Source of the DNA: Monocercomonoides exilis PA203
Lineage: Eukaryota; Protista; Preaxostyla
Assembly: GCA_001643675.2 (NCBI GenBank)
Contig: LSRY02000006.1
Span: forward strand, 992,001 to 1,056,000
DNA: 64,000 nucleotides
Direction of reading: 5' to 3'
Shown here: piece after piece, positions 38,301-50,800 of the stretch
Numbering within the stretch: position 1 is the first letter of the stretch
Layout of the letters: each line of letters begins with the position of its first letter
Translations under genes and position numbers: made by a program
Notes under the pieces: model-generated
The model's input: only the letters and a program-made list of their open reading frames with translations
What the model was told of the DNA's origin: nothing
Database searches by the model: none

Positions 38301-39928
38301 CTTCAAATCAATTGAATCAGAAAACCTTCGTTGTGTGTTGTTCTTGATCCTTGAGTGCATGCTCTTCTCTTCTTTATCTTCCATTCGATCTCCTCCTTCT
38401 CTTCTTTCTCGCTCATTCATTTCCACTTTCTCTTCAAATTCTTTCTTTGCCGATCGCTCAGAACTTAGCGACAGCAAAGATCCATTCAGCACGTCAACAG
38501 AATTCTGCCTTTTCCTCTCCAATTTTGGCTGCTCTGGTGATTTTTGCCCAGCCAACAAGGCTTTGCTTGAATGTTCGCTTCCTCTGTGCTCTCCAACGCA
38601 GATTCTGTGCTTTCGGTGGTACTGTGACACTTTGTGCAGCGTTATCAGCCAGTCTGAGTGGGCGCGGCTCATGCACTGCAGCAGAACTGACTGTGGTGGG
38701 TACTTCAAAAGAGGAGGCGCAGAAGGACGAGAAAGATGGACGCCAGCACTTTTTGGCAGGCTGTTCACACAAGGTGATGTTTGCTGGTTCTTTCGCGCCG
38801 GCGGGCTTTGAGGCAAGCGTAGGGGCGGAAGAGGCGCCAAGTGTGGATTGGCTGATAAGTCCTTGCAATGCCACGGCTGAACACTTTCGTCTGATTCGTC
38901 TTCAGTCAATCTCTGCCTCGAAGGGAAAAGCGACGATGGCTCGTCAAACACAGGCGAGCTAAATGGCGAAACCAACGTCAAGCGTGGCATTTGCATAAAA
39001 CGAGTTTTGCTCGAAAATCCGCTTTTAAAGTGCGTTTGCCCTTTCTCGGATAGTTGCATATCAGTCTGTTGAGATAATTGCTGTTTTGTGGGCCTTCCGT
39101 TTGTTGTTTCAAGTGAAAATGCATCACTTCCCGACTTATCTTTTTCATACGTCAAAGAGATCTGCGAAAATGTCTCTTCAAGTGTAAGTGCTGTCTGCTG
39201 TTCGGAATCTGTAGAATCGAGAACATTCACATGCTTATTAAATGATAGACGGGTCTTTGAACGAAGATGCGGGGCACTACAAAGCACAGAGCAGCACGCA
39301 TTGAAATATGTATTCTCCAGCACATACGCTTCTTCATACAATTGTGGTGTTAATGCAACAGTTGGAAGATTCTTCTCAAATTCTTTTAATTGCTTTTCAA
39401 AAGAAGGACGCATTCTTGTTCGGCGTAGAACAGAAATAACACTAATAGCTTTTTCAGCCAGCCATCCATAACGTCTCATTAAACAAGCAGCTGCAACAAA
39501 CAGAGAGCGCGATTGACCATTGTAGGAATGAATTAAAACAGCATCAAAATTAGCAAGTGCCTCTCCAACAAATTCATGAAGAGTTGTAATGTTATAATCA
39601 TCCTTATCAAAAAAATACGATTGATCATTGTCTTCCAAGAAAAATGTGAGGTATTCTCTTCCGAATGACAAAAATTGGTTTGAAACTTGCGTCCCTGCGC
39701 AATTGACAATATGTGTGATATGGTTTGATGTTATAAACTGATACATAAAATATCCAAATATCAAAAAATAACATAAATCAATTATAAAATTCACAAAGAA
39801 TTTCAAAATACTTCTTGACATGTCGCAGCTTCCATTCCTCCCAAATAAAAACTCAAGCAGATCCGAGAAACAGGAGGAAGAGGCTTCACTATTCCAGGCT
39901 CTTCCTTTCCACCATTTTGATTTTTCAT
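35319..39928 (-). CDS. DSP-fold pseudophosphatase (catalytic Cys replaced by Ser) with ~1350-aa Ser/Pro-rich tail
   Basis: Exon 1 (39928-39812: MKNQ..VSRICLSFYLGGMEAATCQE) splices to 39737 (FITSNHITHIVNCAG..LEDND..LIHSYNGQSRS..MRPSFEKQLKEFE). The 3' end may extend by further splicing. Confidence 0.85.
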
Positions 39929-40350
39929 ATTAAAATTAAGAAATTCGTTTCACAAAAGTTTTTCGAAAATCAAACGCAAAATCTTGTAAAGAAAAAGATC
40001 AATAATGATATAACAAAAAAATTAATGCTATAAAAATCGCATCAAAAGAAAAATTTTTTTTAGTGAAAATCACCGCAAACAGTTATTGAATTCATTGACA
40101 TTTGAATACGAGTAATTGTTTTTGATTTCTTCAAATACTTTTATAACACATTTTGCATAGATATTTATATTTTTTGTATCATTTTGTTAACAAAAAGAAA
40201 AAATTCTTTAATTGAAGAAATGAGCGAAAATACATAAATTTGCAACGGTCAAAAAAAATTCTTATAAATTAATCTTTGCTAGAATTAACTGAGGAATTTT
40301 TTATTTGTTGTCGATTATTGAAACGATAAACCCATACACAAATTTTTGAA

Positions 40351-43300
40351 ATGAGATCCACAAGACAAAACAACAAAATATCACCTCCTTTATTTAAGGT
40401 ACAGATTTTTTATTTTTTTATAAACAAGTGATGTAATTGCTCAAATTTTTAAATGATTTTTGTTAATTAACATCCTTAAAATTTAAATTTTATTTTATGC
40501 GTTCAAAAAATTGAAACGACATTTAATAAAATGGTAATTCGTTTGAAAACATAAAGGAATCAATAATAGAAGTCGTTGATAATGAAAGTGTGGTTTCACT
40601 TTTGTAAGTTCAATTTTTTAGCGATTCAAATTTTAAATTATAACAGCGACAAAAGCACTAAGTGAGTTATTGACACAATTGCAGTGTGATTTTATCAGCT
40701 TAATGAAAAACGCTTTAATGAGGTTTCTAGCATACTAAAAGGTAAAACTGATGAGTTGATTGTGATCTCAAAAGAAATCGACTCTTTATTAAATCAGTTT
40801 GTTGGAAAGATGGAAGTTGTTCCTCCTTATATACTAAATAATATTTTAAAAGAAGGGAAAACTGTGTTTAAAGAATCAACGAACGATGAAGTTATCACAT
40901 CATACGCTTCTGTAATGGCACAAATAACTGATGTATTATCTTATTCTGCACGGCACAGAAAATTAAGGAAGGTTGAGATGCAGCCATCAGCAAAAGAAAA
41001 AAGAACAAAGCGCGTTAGTTCTATTAAAAAAAGTGTTGAAGCAAAAACTCAGTATACATCAGATTTTCTAAATTCACCACTTTTGCAAAGTGTGATCTTT
41101 GATGGTGGAATTATTTCAAATCTTGTGGAACGAATACTTGTCTCAGAAGAAGACGGTGTCCTACGAGCTCTGTCGCGGCTGGTTCTCAACTTTGTAAAGA
41201 TGGCAGATGCAGACGGCATTTGGGCGATGTGGAAAAATAATCTGCTTGATGGGATTGATTCGCTTCTTGTGCGATGTCAAAGCTGTGAAGGATTAACCGA
41301 TGCTATAACTTCATTACAGCTGGCACAAAACATGGGGAAAAATATTCAAAAAAAGAAATATTTGGATTGGGAGAAGGATTTTAAAAAGTACAATTTTGAG
41401 TCTGTTTTGGGAGAAATTGCAGTGGGAAATAAAATCAGAGGAATTGTTCGAGAAGAAATGAAAACTCATTCACGACCTTTCATGGACCGTCCCAGTATTC
41501 AGTGTGAGATCGAGGAAGAAGAAGAGATGTGCTTGTCTTCACCATTGAACGAGGTTGCAGATGAAAAGATTCAAAGAGAAGATCGAATAATTGATGAAAA
41601 TTGTGAAAATGATAATAATAGAAAAATGAATGATAAAGAGAAAGAAAAAGAAAAAGAGAAGACAAAAATCATTGTTGCAAGCGCTGAGCAACATCCTTGC
41701 GATGAAAAAAGAAAACAAAAAGTTGAATTAGCTCCTGAAACTACGTTTGAAGCTTGCTCTTGCAAAATGAAATCCTCGACTTCAAAGCCAGGGGTAGGAA
41801 CAGAATTGTATTTATCACAAGCATCTGCATTTCAAAAAGTGAAGACGAAGTCGTTTCTGCCATATTCTGTTCGTTTAAAAGCAATTCGTGCTCTTTCAAG
41901 CGAATGGGAATACTTGTTTTCTTTCAAATCTTCAAGCAACTATGTACGTGTTATTGCCGATGGGTTGATGCTTCCAGAAGGAGCGGAAGAGGAATATTTG
42001 AAAAGAAAGAAAAGGAATTCACAAGAAGATGTTTCTAAAGGAGAGAAAGAAAATGATTCATTTGATAAAATCGATGAATATGATGATATTATTGAATTAT
42101 CGAATGGAAATATTAATATTCTTCAGATACAAGATTGTATTTATTGCCTCAAATATTTTATAAAAGTGCAAAGTTTGTATCTTTTATATGCATCTTTCAA
42201 TTTCTTTAAATGGTCTATCATTTGAAAATAAATTTTTAAAATAATTATTGTTATTATTTGCATTGTAATATTGTTTCACGTTAACGACTGCCCAGCATAT
42301 TCACCAAATTATATCCCCCTTTCTGATGGTCTGTTCATAACAGTAATGAACTTGTTAATTAGATTGAACAAGTATGTAAATTACTTATATTGAAAGAAAT
42401 TTGTTATTTATTCGAATTATTGTGGACTGCACATTTTCTTAATATATTTTTTTTGCACTTGAATTCATTTCAACAGGTTTCCAGATCAACTGTTTTTCTG
42501 TTTGTCAAGTAGTTGCATTGAAGCACTTTGTTACTATAACCGAATTAAGTCGAAGAAGTTTTTTTTACCGTTGTTTATGAAGCAGCTGATGGAAGATTTG
42601 GACAAAGTGGAAGAGGAAATGAAAAAAGTTACTGCGAAAGATGAAGAAAGCAAAAAGGAAAGGGAAGAGGAAGAATATATGATCGTCTGTACAAGCAATA
42701 CATCAAACCTTCAAAATGAGGAACAAAATTTTGACAAAGAATATTTGCCTTTCAATCGAGTGAAAATGCCTTTGTTTACGAAATATGAAACGGCAACAGA
42801 ATATGAATTCGATTATAACTTGAAAAAGAGATTGCATTTTCACGAAACGGACAAATTCTTGTATCATTTGCTGAACATGCTTCATCATTATGATCCGAGT
42901 AATAATTTTGATTATGAACCTATTGAGGGAAAAGACAAAATAACTGTTCCATTGTATCATTATTCTTTTGCAGCACTATCTTTTAATCACACACTAAAGT
43001 GTATTTCTGCTATTTATCCACCTGAAGATCTTGATTGTGAAGAAATTGTCGTTTGTCCATATTTTCAAAGGTTGGTCAACAGAATGAAGCATCCTTTTCC
43101 TTTGCAATCACCTGTTGGTATTCTGAATTTGAAGTGCGATGCTTTTCAGATTCAAACACTTGAATCTGTTCAGCAAGTGATTGATGTGTTTGTGCTGCAT
43201 ATGTTGACAAATGTGGGGAAAGAACTATCGTTTATATTTGAAATGGGATATGTGAATGTTCTTTTTGAGTGGCTGGTCAATGGCAGAGACACTGATCCGC

Positions 43301-43917
43301 AATTACTATTTTATGCGGTCCAGGAGATACGTGAAAAATGCATAATCTTCATAGATGCTGCAAGAAAAATGCGAATTAAAGAAGGAACTGAATACAATGA
43401 AATGTTGATTTCTGTGAATGAAAGTGCAGAAGACAAAAACGCAGGACATTGGCAACTAGCTCGGTCAATCGATTTCCAGCTGACTTCAATGGTAGAAACA
43501 GATGTGTGTTTTGATCACGAGCCTCGTCTATTAAAATATGAATATCAAGTACCAAAAAAATGCCAACTGCAATTGATAAACCTTGACGAGGATAAAGAAG
43601 AATTATTGAAAGGAGAAAATGTAGGAGCTCATCTTCTTCGAATGGTTGATGACATTATCGAAGAAAAAGGAATCCGTGATCTTGTTGAAGCAACACCTCA
43701 AACAAGGGAAATTCAACTTTTTTGGTTTTGTTCTGGAACTTTGCCAAAGACGTTTAGGGTTTATTTAGGTTTATTTAAAGACTGTGACAAAATCAGTTTT
43801 CTCTGTAAGCTTCCATCTGTTAGTTTTGAGTTACCACCAGTTGATCTGTTTTCATCTTCCAGTCGTCATTCTGAAGATCGTTATTATTATTATGAGACGT
43901 TAGATATATCTAATTAA
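40351..43917 (+). CDS. Large hypothetical protein (~1000 aa, probably alpha-helical), multi-exon
   Basis: Track ORFs 40756-42225 and 42502-43917 are linked by a phase-compatible small exon (~42296-42372). A likely first exon starts at 40351 (MRSTRQNNKISPPLFK), but the 5' structure is uncertain. Confidence 0.7.
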
Positions 43918-44322
43918 CAATTATGGTTCAAAATAAATATGAATATGTTTTATTGATTTCATTTTTGTTTTGATTATTTATAAAAAGAAGATAAAAAACT
44001 TTTTTTTTTCCTTATGCTTTTATAAACATTTTCATTCTAGAGAATCCTTTGTTCGTATTTGTTCCAACAAATTTTATAATATTTTTCAATTTTTAAAAAA
44101 CGAATTTTTAATGGTGAACTGTTTTTTGAAGGTTTTTGTCTTTGGTGTATAGAGAAAGTTTCTTTAACATCACGAGAAAATATGATTGCAGTTAATATAG
44201 CTGTATGATTTTTGCTTTTATTTTTCAGCCATACATCTTGAGATTTTTGTTTCTATTATATATATTTGTCTGTTCAAACTTCGTAACTTTTCATCCCTGA
44301 ATCTTTTCTTCTTCTTCTTTTC

Positions 44323-44357
<35 letters not shown>

Positions 44358-45354
44358 AATTGATTATATTCAAATTTTAATGTTAAAAGAGTCTTATCAT
44401 AAAAGTTTCATCTCTTTATTTTTCAGTTTTTCAATTTGGTTTGTTAAATAGATAGATTTTTAAAAATTCAAAATTTTTGATAATCATCTTATCATAGAAA
44501 ATCCATTTCTTTTTTAATAAATATTGATAATTGACTTTTTAATATTTATAAACATAAAATACATCATTCAAAAAATCATAATTGGCGAAAACTTTTTCTG
44601 AAATAGGATAACAAACTTTTATAAATACTCTTTAACTTTTTGGAGATTGAATAACAAAGTTTTGTATTTCAAAAGCAAACCTTTTCTCGATACTCACAAA
44701 AAATATTTGCTCAAAAAACCTTTTTTGAGTTTTTCGTCTGGGTGATGTTTTTTGTAGTCATTTCTATTTACAGAGTGTTTATCCTTCAAAGGTTTTCTTT
44801 TTTTGGAGATGAATTATTCTTTAATATGAAATTTTCAAAATAATAATTAAATATGACAAAGCTTTTGATGATATTCAGGAATAAATTATCTTTGAAAGGA
44901 GTAATTTATTTTCGGAATATATTTATTATTATCTTAAATGAATTCACCAACCGAAATTTTTCACAGAAAAAATATGGATTCAATTATAATCTCTTATTTA
45001 TTCCTACTTTGAGTAACTTTTTTGAAATTCACAAATCATGAATGTTCATATCAAAATTATTATTTGATAATTTAATAAGTTTCTGCTTTGCATAATTCAA
45101 ATTCAGCAAGAGCGGAACTCACTTTTCTGATTAAATGTTCAAGTATTTTGGCTTGTGGAATGGCAAATTTTGACAAAAGAATGGCATGGATTGATAAATA
45201 AATTTTTTGATTGATTGAACCTGAAGATTATGTTTCTGTGACAAGACAAGGTGAAAAATAATTCGTCTGTCACATATAAATTAATAAATGGGGGAAATTT
45301 TGAACTTTCAAGCTTTTTTTGCACAAAGAACTAAAAAATGTTTTACTCATAACA

Positions 45355-45562
45355 TGGCTGATCTTTTTTGAAATTAAACTTTTGTTCGAGTTTTGATCAT
45401 AATTTTGTTTTCAATGGGATTTTTGTCGAAATTAGTTTTTGCAATAGCAATATCATAAACAATAAGTGTTCCCTATTTCAACTCATTTTTTTCAAAATCC
45501 CATTGAGATTAAATTTTTGATCAAAACTCGAACGAAAATATGATTTCAAAAAGGATCAGCCA
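45355..45562. repeat. Intergenic inverted repeat, 69-bp arms (59/69 identical), 70-bp spacer
   Basis: Arm 45355-45423 aligns without gaps to the reverse complement of 45494-45562. Confidence 0.9.
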
Positions 45563-46035
45563 AATCATAAGTTTTTCGAAACTTGTTTTATCCAATAAAA
45601 GAAGAACAAATTGAATTCGTTTCTTCCGTTGATTTCAAATGATTTTTCATTTACATAGCTTTAAGACATATTTGGAAAAAGAAAATAATTGAAATTTAGA
45701 GAAAATGAATAAACTCCTTTGAAAATCGATAATAATACATCCAATGTTCCAACAAAAAATTTTTTAATATGAATACAAATAAACTCAGTTTTTGTTGTGA
45801 TTTTTTTAGGTTGTTTCTTTTGAGTCAATAAATACAAAAAAATGCGGATATATTTCCATGTTCGATGATATAATACATTCTCGATTGAATTAAAAAATTA
45901 GAATCATTTATCAAAAATTGATATTTGAAAGAAAAGATATTGAACTTTGTTTTGAACTTCATTTCTTCAATAAAAATCTAAACCGATTAAGGCTTATGAT
46001 CATTTTTATTTATTATTATTTGCATTTATAACTGA

Positions 46036-47326
46036 ATGGGAAATGAACTTTCAGTTTCTGATCGAGAGGTAAATACATTGGTATCGCAAACAACTTGTGT
46101 GGTGGAAATTTTTTATTTTTTTGAATTTATTAGCGTTTCAATATCATTTTTTGTATCTATTAAGTTACTGAAGAAGAAATACGAAGGTCATCTTTCATAT
46201 TCTTTATATCAAAAATACACGCTAAAAATTTTTTAAATTGTGTACACCTTCCGAATCAACATTCACTTTCAGAATGTACAGACGTTTTCGAAAACTTGAC
46301 ACTGATAGAAGCGGAACAATTACTCTTGAAGAATTTCAAGCAATACCTGGAATTGCAGATAATCCACTTCTCTCCCGATTGGTTGCAATATTTGATGTTA
46401 ATCATGGTATTTCATTTTATTATTAAAATGGTAATGATTATTGTAAAAAATGATGTAGACAAAGAAGTTGAATTCAGAGAGTTCATAACTGGAATCTCCA
46501 CATTTTCTTCGGATGCTACTGTTGAAGAAAAATTAAAATGTATCGTTAATTTAGCTACAAAAAAGTTTTTTTGATGTTTTATTTCTAATATTATTACATC
46601 AAGTATTTTTCAATATATATGATGTAGATCATGATGGGTACATATCAAATGGAGAATTGTTTTATGTGTGCTTTTCTTTTCATAATTCCTCAAATATTTT
46701 GTTGAAAATACAACAGGTAATAAAAGCAATGACAGGAACAAATATTTGTGATCGAGCACTTCAACAACTTGTAGACAGAACAATTCTCGATGCAGACACA
46801 TCTGGCATGGGCAAAATTTCATTTGATGATTTTATTTTAGTTTGTTATTTTTTTGAATTGGGAAAAATTTGATCATCTGACAACTTTCTATTATTTTCAC
46901 AAATGTGTTTTTATATATTATATTTCTATCTTTAAAACAAAAATTTTCTTTCTTCAATTCGCCTTTTCAAAGGTCTTAACTAGCAGAGAAATGCTCTTCA
47001 CGAATTTAATGGAAAGAATGAATCTCGTAGATCAATTTACCGAGTCACAAGACACTGAACCTAATGCTCTATGTGATAGAGAAAACGGAACGCTTATTGA
47101 GTGTGGAGAATTAGAGAAAATGACAGATGAAGAAATTTCGAGGGGTCAAGAAGAAATGATCCATTCAATAAAGCTTCAAGAAGAAAGAGAAGCTGAAGGT
47201 TACAAGTGGAAGACTCAAAAAGAGCACAATAAAAATGAGATTGATATACCGGAAATTGATGAAAAAAGTGGGGGCAATCTTTTTTCACGACAAACCATCC
47301 CCCGCAAGAACCCGCCCGATCACTGA
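46036..47326 (+). CDS. CNB1: Calcineurin B regulatory subunit (4 EF-hands, N-myristoylation site) with acidic C-terminal extension
   Basis: MGNELS start; spliced FTEEEIRR|[52 protein letters not shown]|[21 protein letters not shown]|[28 protein letters not shown]. Includes a 22-nt micro-exon (46165-46186). Confidence 0.9.
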
Positions 47327-47855
47327 AAATCTCCGCATTTGTGAAATTTCTGTTTTTTTATTCATTCAGATGCCCTCAAATAATGCAGTTGTTATCATCG
47401 CAAAGCAATCCCACTCATTTATGAATCATAAATATTTATTTATGAAACGGAGCAGCGCTAGACTTTGATTGCAGAGATATTTTCTTTGTCATTTTCGTTT
47501 TTCAATAGACTTATTATAAAATATTCGAATGTTTCAATGCTTTTTTAAACAATTCACATTTATAATGTATAGATGTTTTTTCTTTCGTTATTCTTTTTTT
47601 GAAAGTATTTCACGCAATTCGTTGAAGATTCATTTATGTTTATCATTGTTGCAAAAGGTTGCATTTTTTTCTTCAATTGCATGAATGTTAACATTGCTGA
47701 TATCCCTGCAGAATTTCCAAAAAATTTTTATGACCATTATTTTTTATGTTGATGATTACAGTTTTTTTTGAACTTTTTTCTTCGTAATGTAGAAAAAAAA
47801 CTGTTAACCAACGAATATATTGTTGTTCGCATAATATATGCGATTGATTTAGCAA

Positions 47856-50800
47856 ATGCTATTATATTCATATTTGCCTTTGCTTTTGGAAATTTTCTTT
47901 TTTACAAAAACAGAAAATTTTGAAATTCCTTTGATTTATTCTACCTCGCAGCATCTTTTCCAACTATCAAATACAACATGCATATGCGATAATATGGAGT
48001 TTTTGTCCCGTTCAAAATCTAAAGTTGCTGTTATTGAAGAGAGTTCTCAACTTCGTCTTTATTTCTGTTCTGTTCTCAATGAAGGGGCTTCCCCATCTTT
48101 TATATCATGTGGAAACTTAGAGCTTACTAATTTTTCTCTTGAGGTCCATAAAAATCATGATTTTTACGCACATTCAATTGTTCTTTGCTCAAATGCAAAT
48201 CATTTAACTTTAAGTCAAAGCTCTTTTTCATCACTGCGAACCATCTCTCATTCCCCTTTGCTATTTTCTGGGCAATGCACTTTTGTCACTCTTATTGGAA
48301 ACATTTTCAAGAATTGCTCTTCTGTCCTTTCCTGTAAGACAACTCTTGAAAACCAACAAAGTTTTTTCCACCGAACAATTTGTGGAACAAAGTTTATATC
48401 TACTGATTTCCCATTACACATCATCACGCAAACTTCATCTGATAATTCACGAAGCACCGATATAATTTGCAATTCAACTTTTCTGAAATGTTCAACAATT
48501 TACAACCAGCGTCAGACTCCAACAGGAGAGGCAGTTTTTTCAAATGCAACATTTTCCAAATGCAAAGGAAAAGATTGTGCAGGAGGAGGTCTCATGATGT
48601 CTGGCAATGGAAATGGCTCACTTACACTGACATCTTGCACGTTTGATCGATGTAGTTCCGATCGAAATGGTGGAGGCTTATATGCAGTCGGGCTGGAACA
48701 TGTATCTATCAAGTTTACGAGCTTTAATGAATGCGTTACTGGATCTACATCAACAGGAGCACTTGGAGGAGGATGCTACATTTCACAAATATCTAATGAA
48801 GTTGAACTTAAAGCATGCAAATTCAGCGGGTGCACTGCAGATTCGAAAGCAGGAGGAATGTTCCTATCCAGTATTCCAAATGAGCTTATGCCTGTAGAAG
48901 AATGCGAATATCGTAATTGTATTGCAGTTGAAATGACTGGAGGAGGCATCTCCATGATGGAGTTTAACCCTGAAATGTCCATGTCAAATTGCCTCTTTGA
49001 TAGCTGTAGCTCAAAATTTGGAGGAGGAGGCTTGGACATAACATTCAAAGTATCAACAACGATTAATAAAGAAGAAAGAGTTAAAAGAAAAAGCTTCAAC
49101 ATTCTACACAATTATAATAATATGACTTACTTCATTTTCTTTTCTTTCGCAAACGATACAACATCCAACAATGGAAAAGATGTTATAATTTTTGATAGGC
49201 AGAACTCGCTTTCGCAAACTCCATTTGACTCCAGCTTTTCAACATCAGGGGTTGATCGTCTATGCTACGTAAATTCCAAATCAACGACAATAATTGACTC
49301 TTGGCTTCCAGAAGGCATGCTTGAACGAGTCGTATCACCAAAAACCGGACAGAATACGGACGATTGTGGATCTCAACATGAACCTTGTCTTACAATTGAA
49401 TGGGCAATCCAGCGAATGAATAGCATTGGCACTCAACGTATTCGAGTGGAAGATGGAACGTGCAATGAGAAATGTATAAACATCAGGGAGAAGAGTGCCA
49501 TCATTGTTTCGTCTTCTTCAGAAACAGTTTTATGCGATTCTTTGATTTCCACAGGTAGCCTATTTATTGTGACAACTGGTGATTTAAAGATTCGATTTTT
49601 CAATATTGTTCATGGAAAGCAGATTAATGATATTGATCATAATGGCTTACTGCATTTAAACACACCAGACATTGTTGAATTTGATGTGACTCTCTTTGAA
49701 ATGACCGGATCAGGTTCAATCTCACTTGGATCCTGTAACATTTCTCCGTATTCTGCGAGCTATAATGCTATTTTTACGCGTCCTTTATTTATTCTCAACG
49801 GAGGATTGCTGGAATTTGACGATGTTTCTATCATTTCCTTTCAAATAACTTGCTCAATGATTGTCTTTTCTGCGGGATCTTTCACACCTTCTTCACTTTT
49901 GCTTACAAAGGCTTCTTTTACAAATATCACACTTTCAGAAAATCATGCATCTGTTCTTGAGTCGTCTTTGCCTTCAACTACATCTTTCATCATTGATAAT
50001 TGTACATTCAGTTCTTGCACATCGAAAAATTGTGAAAGAGGTGGGGGAATTTTTATTTCATTATCAAACATGCAATCCTTGTATATTTCTGATTCAGGAT
50101 TTACAATGTGTGAATCGGCAAGCGGAAATACTCAATCTTGCTGTGTTTTTCATTCTGAACAGAATAACGAAGAGGTCACTGGAAGAGGAGGAGGACTTTT
50201 TATTTCTGTTAGCGATATTACCAAACCAGAAATAAAGAATAGCAATTTTGACCCTCTCAACTTTCAACTAACAAATTTAGTATTCAAAGAAAATTATGCT
50301 TCAATTGGACGTGATTTGTTTCTACAGTGTCCACGACTTATCGAGCTTGTGACTCCAGAGAACTTTGCATTTTCTCTGGATCCTCCTCTTTTTAACAGAG
50401 AAAATGCGATTTTCGGAAGTGAAACAACGTTGTCTTCATTTATGGCTTCATCTTTGTCACATCCGCTGACAGATTTTAATTTACTCAATTTTCTTATTAA
50501 CTTCAAAGATGTGCAGATTTCAATTTCATCTTCGACTGGAATGGATTTTCTTTCTTGTGGAACAGAATCACTTCCCTGTAAAACAGTGGAAGTCGGACGT
50601 GAACACCTTTTAAAAGACGAAGAAGGAATGCAGCATCTTCAGATTATTGATCTTGGAGCTATTTTGAAAGTAGACGATTTTACAGATATGTCGATAACCG
50701 GCTTGAAGAAAAGTGAAAATGATGTGGATAACCTAAGTTCTTCTTTATCATTTGATATCTTATCTGCAGACAATCAATCATGTGTAATGCAAAATCTGGG

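Noticed and set aside
5003-47326. Functional cluster of phospho-signalling genes (2 DSPs, AMPK beta, CnB)
   Set aside because: Interspersed with unrelated genes on both strands; these classes are common, so chance is sufficient without synteny data.
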